DNA of 64,000 bases from Deltaproteobacteria bacterium (GTDB taxonomy: Bacteria > JAMCPX01). Under the pieces are notes generated by a model. That model was not told where the DNA came from and did not search any database. It saw nothing but the letters and a program-made list of their open reading frames with translations. Positions 1-10,574 of this stretch are shown here, one piece after another. The translations under genes were made by a program, and so were the position numbers. Numbering within the stretch: position 1 is the first letter of the stretch; the number at the start of each line of letters is the position of its first letter. Where the stretch lies: assembly GCA_023382265.1 (NCBI GenBank), contig JAMCPX010000008.1, positions 84,274 to 148,273 of the forward strand, written 5' to 3'.

Positions 1-765
1 ATCCCTGTAAAAAGGGTCGTTACACTTGCTCCGTCAAACACGGATATTGTTTCTGCACTTGGCATGACATCCACTATTGTCGGTGCAAGCAATACGGATG
101 ATAATCCCCTTCCCAAAGACGTGAAAAGGGTTGGATTTATAAATCCATCAGTAGAAGAAATTGTTTCTTTGAACCCGCAGTTGGTTGTGGGAATTTACGG
201 GGAGAATATGATATGTAACAGGCTTGAGCATTTAAATATCCCTTGCATAATTCTATCACCCGATACCATTGATGGGGTAATGCACGATATAAGACTTGCC
301 GGCAGAATCTTTTCAACAAATGCTGCTGCATCCGTTATTGTAAATCAAATGAAACAACAAATAGACTGGATAGTTTCAAAGTTAAGCAGTTGCAAAACAA
401 CACCTCTTGTGTATTTTGAGATTGACGCATCTGATCCATCAAGGCCGTTTTCAGCAGGCAGTGGTAGTTTGATAGATACCCTTATAACAATGGCGCACGC
501 AAAAAACATTGCACATAATACAATAGATCAGTGGCCCCAACTTTCAACAGAATATATTATATCGAAAAATCCCGATATCATCATACTTGCAGATGGACTT
601 AATATAAATGCATTAAAACGGAGGCCAGGATGGCCAGAGATAAAGGCAATAAGGGAAAAAAGGGTTTATCATGTTAATCAAAACATTGTCTCAAGGCCGG
701 GACCTAACATTATAAAGGGATTTTTAGATATTGCGAAGATAATACATCCGGGGGTTTTTAAGTAA
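1..765 (+). CDS. Periplasmic substrate-binding protein of ABC transporter (BtuF/FhuD-like cobalamin/iron-siderophore type), 5'-partial
   Basis: The reading frame is open from nt 1 (IPVKRVVTLAPSNTDIVSALG..., the typical BtuF N-terminal motif) and is in frame with the listed ORF 64..765. The domain architecture matches the cluster-A periplasmic binding fold. The true start lies upstream of the window. Confidence 0.7.
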   Translation: MPVKRVVTLAPSNTDIVSALGMTSTIVGASNTDDNPLPKDVKRVGFINPSVEEIVSLNPQLVVGIYGENMICNRLEHLNIPCIILSPDTIDGVMHDIRLAGRIFSTNAAASVIVNQMKQQIDWIVSKLSSCKTTPLVYFEIDASDPSRPFSAGSGSLIDTLITMAHAKNIAHNTIDQWPQLSTEYIISKNPDIIILADGLNINALKRRPGWPEIKAIREKRVYHVNQNIVSRPGPNIIKGFLDIAKIIHPGVFK

Positions 766-912
766 AATATAATATATGCAAATTCTGCATAGCGTGTAAA
801 TATTTACAAATATACATTCCTGTACATTTACTAACTTATTGAAATCATTAATATTTTTTTTGTTTAAGTTGGCATATTTCGTGCTTTATTTGTATGTAAA
901 AGGGATATTCAG

Positions 913-1341
913 ATGATAAGAATACTAATAATTGATCATGATACAGCATTTGTTGATAAGATGGTATATTTGCTTAAATCAAGCAATGATGATCTTGAGC
1001 TATCGGTTGCTTATAATATAGAAGATGCGTTATCTGCGTCTGAAAAACAGATATTTGATATTGTTGTTATTGATATCAGATTGCCTGAAATGAAGGAGCT
1101 TTCAATCATTGATATTATTAAGAAAAATTGCGATACAACAGCAGTTATTGCAACCTCATCTTGTGGAGCGACAAAAGATTGTATGGGAGTTGCTTTTAAT
1201 CATGGTTCTATTTTCTATATTGAAAAACCATACAGTATGGAAAAGCTTGAGTATATGATTAATCTATCAAGTAAGAAAAGAAGGGCTACTCCAAATAAAC
1301 CGGAACGATTTACAGCAAACAGTACTGATCTATTGCACTAA
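913..1341 (+). CDS. Single-domain response regulator (CheY-like receiver)
   Basis: Carries the receiver-domain hallmarks: an N-terminal acidic pocket (IIDHD), a phosphoacceptor Asp in VVIDIRLP, the conserved Thr (IATSS) and Lys (EKP). It has no output domain. Confidence 0.75.
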   Translation: MIRILIIDHDTAFVDKMVYLLKSSNDDLELSVAYNIEDALSASEKQIFDIVVIDIRLPEMKELSIIDIIKKNCDTTAVIATSSCGATKDCMGVAFNHGSIFYIEKPYSMEKLEYMINLSSKKRRATPNKPERFTANSTDLLH

Positions 1342-1500
1342 TGTTCACTCATTATAAAACAATACAAAAGATGTAACGGAGCAGTGCGATCTCTTTAACA
1401 ATTTTAACAGTATAAACGGTTTAAAACAAGCGGTCCATCCCCTGGAGGGGTACACCTTCCTCTTACAGGTTTCCATGTTTTTTTAGATGCACTATTTTAG

Positions 1501-2214
1501 TTAAATTTGTTTAATCTTGTTATATATAAAATCTGGTCTTATATTTAATGCTTTTATTACAGGGTAGCTTTCCCAGAATTCTATTATATTCACACACGCG
1601 TAATCTTGCTCTATCCTGAATAAATGTTCATAAGGTATACCTGTTAAATGGCACAGTATCACCCTGTTAACTCCGCCATGAGCAACAATAGCTATGTTAC
1701 CAGAGCTATGCTGAGAAAGCACCTGATGCAGTACATTGATTACCCGTTCGCTAACCTCTTTTATGCTCTCCCCGCCAACAGGTCTATTCTTAAAAGGATT
1801 ATTGGTCCATGCATTGAATGCCTCTGGATATTGCTGTTTAATACTATCAAATGTCATACCTTCCCACTTACCAAAGCTCATCTCCCTTAATTCTTTAAAA
1901 ATAAAAGGCTTTATCCTGTAAGGTGCTGCAATAATCTCTGCACTATCAAATGCCCTTTTTAATGGAGATACATATATAGCATCCAGCAAAAGCCCTGATT
2001 CCATCTGCTGTTGTGTATCTTTTTCAGTATCAACAGATATCTTTGGCCGAAGAGTTTCTGGTTTATGTAACAATATCTTATTAAAAAATCTTGATACCAC
2101 TTTTATCTGTTCAATACCATTTTTTGATAAAACAACGTCTATGCTGCCGGTATATTTCCGGAATTCGCTTCCTTCGATCTCTCCATGTCTTATCAAGTAT
2201 AATGTTAATGGCAT
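1501..2214 (-). CDS. Histidine phosphatase family protein (phosphoglycerate mutase-like; possible alpha-ribazole phosphatase)
   Basis: Has the N-terminal LYLIRHGE catalytic RHG motif and the AHGG motif of the histidine phosphatase branch-1 family. Confidence 0.75.
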   Translation of the reverse strand: MPLTLYLIRHGEIEGSEFRKYTGSIDVVLSKNGIEQIKVVSRFFNKILLHKPETLRPKISVDTEKDTQQQMESGLLLDAIYVSPLKRAFDSAEIIAAPYRIKPFIFKELREMSFGKWEGMTFDSIKQQYPEAFNAWTNNPFKNRPVGGESIKEVSERVINVLHQVLSQHSSGNIAIVAHGGVNRVILCHLTGIPYEHLFRIEQDYACVNIIEFWESYPVIKALNIRPDFIYNKIKQI

Positions 2215-2248
2215 ATAATATCTTTGTGTTGATCCGTTTACATATTTT

Positions 2249-4147
2249 TTATTTGCTGTCTGATTTAATGTTTATTGTTTTAAATCTTTTTATATAGACA
2301 TCAAGTATTGTAATAGCAGATGGAGTAATCCCGGAGATTCTTGATGCCTGACCAAGTGTTAATGGCTTGAATTTATTCAACTTTTCTTTAACTTCTGCTG
2401 ATAAGCCCGGAATAATACTAAAATTAAATTCCTCTGGTATTTTTATATCTTCTATCTTTTTAAATCGTTCCATATACTCCAGCTCTCTTTTTATATAGCC
2501 GTCGTATTTTATAGCCACTTCTATGGAATCCTTTAATATCCAGCTTGCACCCGCTAATGATGGTTCTAATCCTTCAATATGTTTCATTGTAACATTAGGC
2601 ATTTTAAGCAATTGATATAAGGTTATGGCCTCTCCCTTATCATTATACCCGGTTTGTTCAAATATAGCTTTTAATGGTTTTCCTGTTATCTTTTTTTGCT
2701 GTAGTGAGGTCATCGCTTCATTATATTGTTCCCTTTTTTCTACAAAATGCTTATAATCTGCGTCGCTTAAAAGCCCTATGTTTTTACCCATATCACTAAG
2801 CCGCATGTCCGCATTATCTTCTCTTAAAATAAGCCTGTACTCCGCCCTTGATGTAAACATCCTGTACGGCTCACTTGTTCCTTTTGTAACGAGATCATCT
2901 ATAAGTACGCCAATATAAGCTTGCTGCCTTGTGATGATCAAAGGTTCTTTATCTAAAACCTGCAAACCCGCATTAATACCTGCAACAATACCCTGCGCAG
3001 CAGCTTCCTCATAACCTGAGGTGCCATTGATCTGTCCTGCATGATAAAGCCCTTTTACAAGTTTTGTTTCGAGTGTTGGATATAGCTGTGTAGGGTTAAC
3101 AAAGTCATACTCTATTGCATACCCCGGCCTCATAATTTCTACCTGTTCAAGTCCTTTTATAGATCTGAGCATTTTTAATTGAATATCATAAGGCAGGCTT
3201 GTTGCCAGACCATTTGGATAGATTTCTTTTGTTTGGTAGCCCTCTGGCTCAAGAAATATCTGATGTCGTGGTTTGTCTTTAAATTTTACAACCTTATCTT
3301 CAACTGAAGGACAATACCTTGCCCCGGTACCCTTTATAATGCCCGTATATAGAGGAGAGCGATCCAGGCCGGATAAAATAAACGTATGCGTTTGTGCATT
3401 TGTGTACGTCATATAACATGAAACCTGCGGGTTTGTAATATACGCAGTTTTAAACGAAAACGGAATAGGCGGTTCATCCCCGGGCTGTTTTTCGAGCACT
3501 GAGAAATCTATGTTTTTTGCATCCAGTCTTGGGGTTGTTCCTGTTTTTAGTCTGCCTACCTCAAATCCAAGCTGTCTCAAACTGTCAGATATTCCTATTG
3601 AAGGAGGCTCTCCTGCCCTGCCTGCCGGGAAGCTTGTAAGCCCGATATGGATCAATCCATTTAAGAATGTTCCCGTTGTCAAGATAACTGTTTTTCCATA
3701 AAACACAAGCCCAATGGATGTTTCAACCCCTTTTATTCTACCCTGCTCTGTTATAAGCGAGATTACTGTTGCCTGTTTTAGATCAATGCCTTCCTGCTGT
3801 TCTATAATCGTTTTCATGTATGTTCTGTACATTACCCTGTCACACTGGCAGCGGTTCCCCCTTACTGCCGGGCCTTTGTTTGTGTTTAATCTTCTGAAGT
3901 GTATGCCGGCGTAATCCGATGCTATTGCCATCTCTCCACCAATCGCATCAATCTCACGAACAAGGTGACCCTTGGCCAATCCACCTATTGCAGGGTTGCA
4001 AGACATATAACCAACAGTATCAAGATTACCTGTAAGCAGTAACACCTTGCAGCCCATTTTTGCACCTGCCAGGGACGCCTCTATGCCTGCGTGGCCTGCG
4101 CCAACAACAATAACATCATAATATGTATCATAAATGATTTTTTTCAT
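2249..4147 (-). CDS. mnmG: tRNA uridine 5-carboxymethylaminomethyl modification enzyme MnmG (GidA)
   Basis: Has an FAD-binding N-terminus ([15 protein letters not shown]), is about 630 aa long, and keeps the MnmG motifs throughout. Confidence 0.95.
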   Translation of the reverse strand: MKKIIYDTYYDVIVVGAGHAGIEASLAGAKMGCKVLLLTGNLDTVGYMSCNPAIGGLAKGHLVREIDAIGGEMAIASDYAGIHFRRLNTNKGPAVRGNRCQCDRVMYRTYMKTIIEQQEGIDLKQATVISLITEQGRIKGVETSIGLVFYGKTVILTTGTFLNGLIHIGLTSFPAGRAGEPPSIGISDSLRQLGFEVGRLKTGTTPRLDAKNIDFSVLEKQPGDEPPIPFSFKTAYITNPQVSCYMTYTNAQTHTFILSGLDRSPLYTGIIKGTGARYCPSVEDKVVKFKDKPRHQIFLEPEGYQTKEIYPNGLATSLPYDIQLKMLRSIKGLEQVEIMRPGYAIEYDFVNPTQLYPTLETKLVKGLYHAGQINGTSGYEEAAAQGIVAGINAGLQVLDKEPLIITRQQAYIGVLIDDLVTKGTSEPYRMFTSRAEYRLILREDNADMRLSDMGKNIGLLSDADYKHFVEKREQYNEAMTSLQQKKITGKPLKAIFEQTGYNDKGEAITLYQLLKMPNVTMKHIEGLEPSLAGASWILKDSIEVAIKYDGYIKRELEYMERFKKIEDIKIPEEFNFSIIPGLSAEVKEKLNKFKPLTLGQASRISGITPSAITILDVYIKRFKTINIKSDSK

Positions 4148-4334
4148 AAGTGTTTCACATGAAACATTTTAACCGTTGAATATGATTATAGATTATAGCA
4201 CAGACCGTTTAATAATCAATCTTAAACTCAAAAATACAATAGGGAACCTTTTTATCCGTTTTTTTTAAATGTATTGTTTGGATTAACGAATATTACGCCC
4301 CTGTCATTACCACGAGAAGTTACATACAAACGCG

Positions 4335-5138
4335 TTAAATCTTTGACAAAAATGATAACATCAGGCTGTTTACCTTTTCTGGCGCTTCAAGACAGGTAAG
4401 ATGAGCCGCATCCTTTACAACCTCTACCCTTGCCCCTTTTATCTTCGCTGCCATTTTTTTTGCCTCTTCAACCGTTGTAAAAATATCTTTCTCTCCTACT
4501 ATGATCAAAACCGGACAGTCTATATTATGAAGCATTGACGTGGAATCCGATCTTTCCATCATACCCAGCGAGGCATTTGCTATTGCCCCTGGAGAAGTAC
4601 GGGATATTCCATCTCTTACAGTATGCACAATATCGGGTCTTATCTTTATGGTCGATGGCGCAAACAACTTTTCTGTCCATTCATCTGCAATCTTATCCAT
4701 CTCTCCGTTGCGCGCCCTTTGAGCCAGATTAATCCTTCCTTGTTTGCCTTGCTCAGAATCCACACCTGACCTTGTACCAAGCAGTATCATTGCCTTTACA
4801 TATGACGGGAACATCCTGTAGAATGTAAAAATAATGTACCCGCCCATTGAAATACCTGCAAACACGGCATTTTCAATGCCGAGAGTATAAAGCAGTTCCT
4901 TCAGGTCATGAGCGAACAGTTCCATAAAGTATGTACCTTCGGTGATCCCCGACTTACCGAATCCTCTCAGGTCAGGGGCTATGACTCTTGCCTTCGTACT
5001 AAGGGTCTCTATCTGCAAATCCCAGATATCCCCTGACAGGGGAAAACCATGAATAAGCATTACAGGCACACCCCTGCCTTGATCCCGATAAAACATACTG
5101 AAGCCGTTTATCTCTTTATAGGTCTCACTGCTATGCAT
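4335..5138 (-). CDS. Alpha/beta-fold hydrolase
   Basis: Shows the LIHGF oxyanion region and a GxSxG nucleophile elbow (GISMGG), and is about 267 aa long. Confidence 0.7.
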   Translation of the reverse strand: MHSSETYKEINGFSMFYRDQGRGVPVMLIHGFPLSGDIWDLQIETLSTKARVIAPDLRGFGKSGITEGTYFMELFAHDLKELLYTLGIENAVFAGISMGGYIIFTFYRMFPSYVKAMILLGTRSGVDSEQGKQGRINLAQRARNGEMDKIADEWTEKLFAPSTIKIRPDIVHTVRDGISRTSPGAIANASLGMMERSDSTSMLHNIDCPVLIIVGEKDIFTTVEEAKKMAAKIKGARVEVVKDAAHLTCLEAPEKVNSLMLSFLSKI

Positions 5139-5186
5139 GCCACGTCATTCAAAATTCCGTATAATTCAATATCCGGAATTTTATTT

Positions 5187-5693
5187 TTATACCGCTTTCT
5201 TTAGTCCTTCTTCTCCAATATCCCTAAGTATTCTCAGTGCATCATCAATGTGCTTCTTAGGCATGAACTGGGATGAAAATATGTGTCTGATGATCCCTTT
5301 CTGGTCTATTATGTAAGTTACTCTGCCGGGTAACAAACCAAGGGTCTTTGGCACACCATAAAGCTTTCTTACTTTGCCTTCATTGTCGCTCAACAGAGTA
5401 AATGGCAGTTTGTAATGGGATGCGAAGCTTGTATGTGATTCTTTTGTGTCTGAACTGATACCGATCACCTCTGCACCTTCCTGCTTGAAAGCCTCGTAGC
5501 TGTCTCTGAAAGCACATGCCTCGGAAGTACACCCTGTTGTATAATCCCTGGGGTAGAAGTACAGCACAATGTTCTTTTTTCCGATGAGATCTTTAAGGTT
5601 AACCTTTTCGCCTGACTGTGACACAAGGGTGAAATCGGGGGCAGTATCGCCTATTTTTAGTTCCTTCTTTCCACTCGGTTTTTTTGAAGTCAT
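5187..5693 (-). CDS. bcp: Thiol peroxidase Bcp (peroxiredoxin, AhpC/TSA family)
   Basis: PDFTL...YFYPRDYTTGCTSEAC matches the Bcp active-site signature. Confidence 0.9.
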   Translation of the reverse strand: MTSKKPSGKKELKIGDTAPDFTLVSQSGEKVNLKDLIGKKNIVLYFYPRDYTTGCTSEACAFRDSYEAFKQEGAEVIGISSDTKESHTSFASHYKLPFTLLSDNEGKVRKLYGVPKTLGLLPGRVTYIIDQKGIIRHIFSSQFMPKKHIDDALRILRDIGEEGLKKAV

Positions 5694-5887
5694 ATAGCAC
5701 CTCTTTTTACCATAATTATATTATAATCATTGACAGGAAGATTTTGTACATTGTTGAGGCTGTGCCGCCATCTTTTTTCCCCACATGAAGAGTGAGAAGC
5801 AATTTTGCACATTGTGTCAAAACCTCTATACAATGGGGACAATACCTTGATTAATCTTATTGCCCCAGTCTTAATAGTATTTTTGGA

Positions 5888-7450
5888 TCAATTCACATCG
5901 GAGATTTCAAGTATCCTGTCAATACGAAACGTTCTTGTTTCGTTACGCTCGTGGCAAAACGCCTCGATGCCCACATACTTCTTATCGAGATATGCCATCT
6001 CTCCTACAAAATGCGGCGTAATAACTCTTATGGATTTAATATCGTTATTTTTGAGGTAAACAATCTTAAGTTTTTTACCATCTTTAATGGCATTTTTTAT
6101 TAGAGCTATCTTATCATCCATGGAGCAGAGGTTATCGGACAGCCTATACTGAAAATCCGTTACAAACTTTACCACCCTCCAGTCTATAAAGATGTGCTTC
6201 TTTTCTACAGGTTTTTTTAAAACTATTCCATCAAGGCTGGTACACCTGCTAAGTGCAACATATATCTGGCCTGTGCTAAAAGTTCCCCTTCCAATATCTA
6301 TGACAACCCTTTCAAATGTCTTGCCCTGACTCTTATGAATAGTAACTGCCCATGCGAGCCTGAGAGGGTACTGTGTAAAAGATCCGACAACTTCGGATTC
6401 GATCTGTTTCTTATCCATATCGTACTGATAATTAAAAAGCTCCCACTTGTGAGGAACAACATCGACAATGTCCCCTGTTGAAAGCTCTACAGTTATAACA
6501 TCGATGTTTTCAGGATCCACGGTTATATCAGTTATCTTACCAATGCTGCCGTTTACCCACATGCCGGATGGCTCGTTGTTGAGGAGCATTACCTGAGCTC
6601 CTGCCTTTAACCGGAGTTCCATCTGAGTTGGAAGGGTTTCATCTTTAAAGTCCCCTGTTAATTCTCCCAGGTAGGTTACGGGCTCATTTTTGAGCAGCGT
6701 AAGATGATCAAGATTGATCTTATTGGCTGCTTCATTTGTTGATGTAAGCCAGATGAAAAAATCCTTCATGCTGGGATCGAAATCGGGTTTATATCTGCGG
6801 TTTAATATTTTTAATCCTTCCTCCGTTATTGAGTTATTACGAATAGTATTAAGCAGGTTGATGAAAGACTCGTCCCTCTGGCGGTAAACCTTTTCAAGCT
6901 CTATAAACTCCATATCAATCTCTTTCATTGCCCGTGCCTCGAAGAAGAAGGGGCTGTCGTACTGATGTTTAAAAACCTCTTTCTCCCCCTCTTTTACAAC
7001 AGGCGGAAGCTGGTATAAATCACCGATCAATATCATCTGAACGCCGCCAAACGGCTGGTTATGCTTGTTACCGTTGAACATAAGAAACTGAGCTATGCAA
7101 TCCATAAGATCGGCGCGTACCATTGAAACCTCATCAATGACAATTGCATCCAATTCCCTGTAAATATTATTATGTGCTTTTTTAATTTTCTTTACGGATT
7201 GAAGAGTAACCCCGGGTTTGAACCTAAAAAATGAGTGTATCGTCTGTCCTTTTACATTCAGTGCAGCCACGCCTGTAGGAGCAAGTACTACAATGTTTTT
7301 CTTTGTATTGTTACGAAAATAATCGAGAAGTGTTGATTTGCCCGTACCTGCCCTGCCTGTTATAAAGGCGTGCTTCGAGGTATTTTCCATTATATCTAAA
7401 GCTTTTTGAAACTGTTCATTTAGCTCAATGGGCTTTTTATATATTGTCAT
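5888..7450 (-). CDS. PIF1/RecD-family ATP-dependent DNA helicase with C-terminal WYL-like domain
   Basis: Has a Walker A (GRAGTGKST), the VLAPTGVAA and IDEVSMV motifs of the SF1B PIF1 family, and a C-terminal ~90 aa with a ...FCHERNETRTFRIDRILEI pattern resembling a WYL domain. Confidence 0.75.
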   Translation of the reverse strand: MTIYKKPIELNEQFQKALDIMENTSKHAFITGRAGTGKSTLLDYFRNNTKKNIVVLAPTGVAALNVKGQTIHSFFRFKPGVTLQSVKKIKKAHNNIYRELDAIVIDEVSMVRADLMDCIAQFLMFNGNKHNQPFGGVQMILIGDLYQLPPVVKEGEKEVFKHQYDSPFFFEARAMKEIDMEFIELEKVYRQRDESFINLLNTIRNNSITEEGLKILNRRYKPDFDPSMKDFFIWLTSTNEAANKINLDHLTLLKNEPVTYLGELTGDFKDETLPTQMELRLKAGAQVMLLNNEPSGMWVNGSIGKITDITVDPENIDVITVELSTGDIVDVVPHKWELFNYQYDMDKKQIESEVVGSFTQYPLRLAWAVTIHKSQGKTFERVVIDIGRGTFSTGQIYVALSRCTSLDGIVLKKPVEKKHIFIDWRVVKFVTDFQYRLSDNLCSMDDKIALIKNAIKDGKKLKIVYLKNNDIKSIRVITPHFVGEMAYLDKKYVGIEAFCHERNETRTFRIDRILEISDVN

Positions 7451-7485
7451 TTTGCAATATTATTCTCTGTATTTTTTTGTTAAAA

Positions 7486-8877
7486 TCACTTTCCAATACA
7501 AAATTCGGAAAAGATCTTATCAAGTATATCTTCCGGCGTAATCTCACCGGTTAGCTCACTAATTGCCATTATAGCACTATCAACCTCTTCTGCTATAATT
7601 TCAGGAAAAGCCTGTTGAGCAAGTAATTCAATTGCATTTCTTAGTGCCAATTCAGTGTGTTCCATTGCTTGTTTATGTCTTTCTCTGCTTATAACAAGAT
7701 TACCCTCTATATCTGATTTTGTCTGATACAAAGAGATAGCACGTTCTAATTCATCCAGCCCCTGCTTTGTCTTTGCTGATATTGTAAATACCTGGTAAGG
7801 GCTGAATAGTGTTCTAATCCTTTTTATTTCTTCTATATCTTTACATACATCTATCTTATTAATAAGCACAATCACCTTCTGCATATCAATTCCTTGTATA
7901 ACTAAAAGCTCTTCTTCTAAGGATACTTTTTTTAAAGGATCTATTACTATTGCATTAATATCTGCCTGTTTTATCAATGTTTTTGTCATCTCAATCCCCA
8001 ACTTTTCAACAAGTTCCTCACTTTTTCTTAACCCGGCTGTATCTATCAATACAATCTTTTTACCCTGATAATTTATTGATTCCTGAATATAATCCCTTGT
8101 AGTGCCTGGATGTTCCGTGACAATCGCCCTACTCTCTCCTAACATAGCATTAAAGATACTGGATTTACCAACATTTGGCTTACCTATAAAAGCGACCTTT
8201 ATTCCTTCTTTTATTATTTTTGCGTGTTCATAACTATTTAATATATAAGCAGTCTCGTCATGAGCTGCCTGTAATATGATGCCTAATTCTAAAACCCCTT
8301 TTGGCTTTACATCTTCTTCTGGAAAATCAATCATTACTTCAAGATGTGATTTTACCTGTAAAAGCTTTTCTTTAATCCCTAGAATATACTCTGATAAAAG
8401 CCCTTTCAGATGACTCATTGCCTGCTGTCTTGAAGCTTCTGTATCAGACTTTATAAGATCCAGTACTGCCTCTGCTTGTAAAAGGTCCATCTTGCCGTTT
8501 AAAAATGCCCTTCTTGTAAATTCACCTTTTTGGGCAGGTCTTGCTCCGGCTTGTATTACCTGTTTTAAAACTGCCTGCATAACGCCGGAACTGCCGTGCG
8601 TATATATTTCAGCCATGTTTTCACCGGTATAGGTCTTCGGGCTTTTCATATATGCAAGCATTACGTTATCTATTGTTTTGCCTGATGTATCATTTATATC
8701 ACCATAATATAGTGAATGACTTTTAAAAGCTTTTACATGTTTTCTGGATTTAAATAAATTTTTTATAATGTGTAATGTAAGTTCCCCACTGATTCTAATT
8801 ATACCGATTGCCCCTTCTCCAGATGGCGTAGCAATGGCTGTAATTGTATCGCTATTAAAAAAGTCTTTTTTTTTCAT
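7486..8877 (-). CDS. mnmE: tRNA modification GTPase MnmE (TrmE)
   Basis: Has a G-domain (GKPNVGKSS), the C-terminal CIGK motif and is about 460 aa long. It is divergent from dnaA. Confidence 0.95.
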   Translation of the reverse strand: MKKKDFFNSDTITAIATPSGEGAIGIIRISGELTLHIIKNLFKSRKHVKAFKSHSLYYGDINDTSGKTIDNVMLAYMKSPKTYTGENMAEIYTHGSSGVMQAVLKQVIQAGARPAQKGEFTRRAFLNGKMDLLQAEAVLDLIKSDTEASRQQAMSHLKGLLSEYILGIKEKLLQVKSHLEVMIDFPEEDVKPKGVLELGIILQAAHDETAYILNSYEHAKIIKEGIKVAFIGKPNVGKSSIFNAMLGESRAIVTEHPGTTRDYIQESINYQGKKIVLIDTAGLRKSEELVEKLGIEMTKTLIKQADINAIVIDPLKKVSLEEELLVIQGIDMQKVIVLINKIDVCKDIEEIKRIRTLFSPYQVFTISAKTKQGLDELERAISLYQTKSDIEGNLVISRERHKQAMEHTELALRNAIELLAQQAFPEIIAEEVDSAIMAISELTGEITPEDILDKIFSEFCIGK

Positions 8878-8967
8878 TAAAAAACAAAGCGGCCTTTCAT
8901 ATTTTTTATAATCTTCATTAATAAAAACTCATAATATTGACAATGTCAATATTTGGATAAAAATTGC

Positions 8968-8995
8968 TTGACAATGCCTATAAGGGGCATAATAT
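8968..8995 (+). promoter_or_regulatory. Sigma70-like promoter candidate upstream of dnaA (TTGACA-N16-TAATAT), second copy of a tandem TTGACAATG repeat
   Basis: A -35 TTGACA sits at 8968-8973 and a -10 TAATAT at 8990-8995. A similar TTGACAATGTCAATAT element lies about 25 nt upstream. Confidence 0.35.
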
Positions 8996-9168
8996 AATTT
9001 ATGTATAATTTATGATTATCTTTATTTTTCAATAAGTTATATGGCTTTCTACAAGTTGTGGTTATGGATAATACTTATACTATATATTGGTTTTAAAAAG
9101 ATGAATTATAAATGTTTAAAAACACATAATACAGCTATATATCTAATTAAAAGATATAGCTTTTTTAG

Positions 9169-9188
9169 TTTTCCACAGGTGTGGAAAA
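9169..9188. promoter_or_regulatory. Palindromic pair of DnaA boxes (TTTTCCACA gg TGTGGAAAA)
   Basis: TTTTCCACA fits the TTWTNCACA DnaA-box consensus, and two inverted copies sit about 85 nt upstream of the dnaA start. This is the expected autoregulatory or origin site. Confidence 0.5.
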
Positions 9189-9269
9189 AGTTGTGTGTAA
9201 CATTTTTTGATTTATTCTTTGATCTCAATAAGTTACAAACTGAATTATATGTTAATGATAGGTGAACGT

Positions 9270-10574
9270 ATGAAAACATGGGAAACTATAAAACAAACGC
9301 TTATAAATTTTTATAATGATTCAAGTGTTGATCCGTGGCTAAACACCTTAAATGTAATAAGTTTTGATAATAATTCTCTTATCATTAGTGTTCCTGATCA
9401 ATTTTCTTATGATTGGATTAAAAACCATTTTTTAAATGATATAATCCGCGTAGTAAGAGATATTAATGGTAATGAAATAGAGGTATCTCTTATTTTAGAG
9501 GATGGAAAGACCGATGAAATAATTAATATTGCACCTATCAAAGATAATAAGTTTATAGACAAAGCAGCAGAGTTACGTGAAAAATATTCCTTGGAAAATT
9601 TTGTAGAAGGTGAATGCAATAAGTTTGCATTTGCTGCTGCACAGGCGGTGGCTAAGGGGCCGGGGCATACATACAATCCTCTGTTTATCTATGGTGGCGT
9701 TGGCCTTGGTAAAACTCATCTTGTGAATGCAATAGGGAATCACATAAAAAAAGAATATAAACTTTATGTTATATATGTATCTGCAGAAGCTTTTGTAAAC
9801 GATCTCGTGCACCACTTAAAAACTAACAAGATGGATAGTTTTAGGGAAACATATAGAAATTGTGATGTACTGCTGATAGATGATATAGAGTTTATATCAA
9901 ATAAAGAAAAAACGCAGGAGGAAATTTTTCATACATTTAATAAGCTCTATGAAGAAAAAAAACAAATCGTATTTACATCAGACAGATTGCCTAAAGAGAT
10001 ACCCGGTATAGAGGAAAGGCTTAGAAGTAGATTTGAAATGGGACTTATCGCCGATATCCAGGCTCCCGATGTTGAAACAAAGGTAGCTATAGTGAAGAAA
10101 AAAGCAGAACAAAATAACATTGATATAGATGATGATATAGCATTCTTTCTTGCTTATAACACATTATCCAACATTCGAGAACTTGAAGGATATTTAACAA
10201 GGCTGTCAGCTTATGCCTACCTTACTAAAACAAAATTAAATATAAACGTAGCCAAAGAGGTACTGGCAAGTGTTATTAAAAAGAAAGATAAATGGGTTAC
10301 GATAGAAGATATACAAAAAGCTATATCTATATATTTTAAGATTAAAGTGTCTGATCTGAATTCCCAAAAGAGGATGAGATATATAGCGTATCCAAGACAA
10401 ATAGCCATGTATTTGGCTAGAACTCTAACAAATGCATCATTTCCTGAGATAGGTACACAATTCGGGAATAAAGACCATTCTACAGTTATTCATTCTGTAA
10501 ATAAAATAGATAACCTGTATAAAACTGATCAAAGTGTTAAAGATGTTATTGAAAAGATCAAAAAAGGACTTTAA
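9270..10574 (+). CDS. dnaA: Chromosomal replication initiator protein DnaA
   Basis: Has the AAA+ domain (GGVGLGKTHL), the sensor motifs and the C-terminal DNA-binding domain (YPRQIAMYLAR...HSTV). The start was moved to ATG 9270 (MKTWETIKQ), which has an upstream GGTGA RBS. The ORF-track start at 9207 is an unlikely N-terminal extension. Confidence 0.95.
   Translation: MKTWETIKQTLINFYNDSSVDPWLNTLNVISFDNNSLIISVPDQFSYDWIKNHFLNDIIRVVRDINGNEIEVSLILEDGKTDEIINIAPIKDNKFIDKAAELREKYSLENFVEGECNKFAFAAAQAVAKGPGHTYNPLFIYGGVGLGKTHLVNAIGNHIKKEYKLYVIYVSAEAFVNDLVHHLKTNKMDSFRETYRNCDVLLIDDIEFISNKEKTQEEIFHTFNKLYEEKKQIVFTSDRLPKEIPGIEERLRSRFEMGLIADIQAPDVETKVAIVKKKAEQNNIDIDDDIAFFLAYNTLSNIRELEGYLTRLSAYAYLTKTKLNINVAKEVLASVIKKKDKWVTIEDIQKAISIYFKIKVSDLNSQKRMRYIAYPRQIAMYLARTLTNASFPEIGTQFGNKDHSTVIHSVNKIDNLYKTDQSVKDVIEKIKKGL

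Noticed and set aside
1437-1448. Short ccccTGGAgggg hairpin between the convergent response regulator and phosphatase genes
   Set aside because: The stem is only 4 bp and the T-run lies 20 nt away, which is too weak to call a terminator.
3510-3914. Multiple 60-100 aa ORFs antisense to or nested in large genes (e.g. 3510..3701, 3714..3914, 22531..22944, 39240..42968 minus-strand set)
   Set aside because: They lie inside well-supported long CDSs on the opposite strand, which is a typical shadow-ORF pattern, especially in the GC-richer islands.
9041-9265. 74-aa ORF upstream of dnaA and the 9207 start of the dnaA ORF
   Set aside because: It lies in the AT-rich control region containing DnaA boxes. 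dnaA is better initiated at 9270 (MKTWETIKQ, with an RBS). No protein-like features are present.
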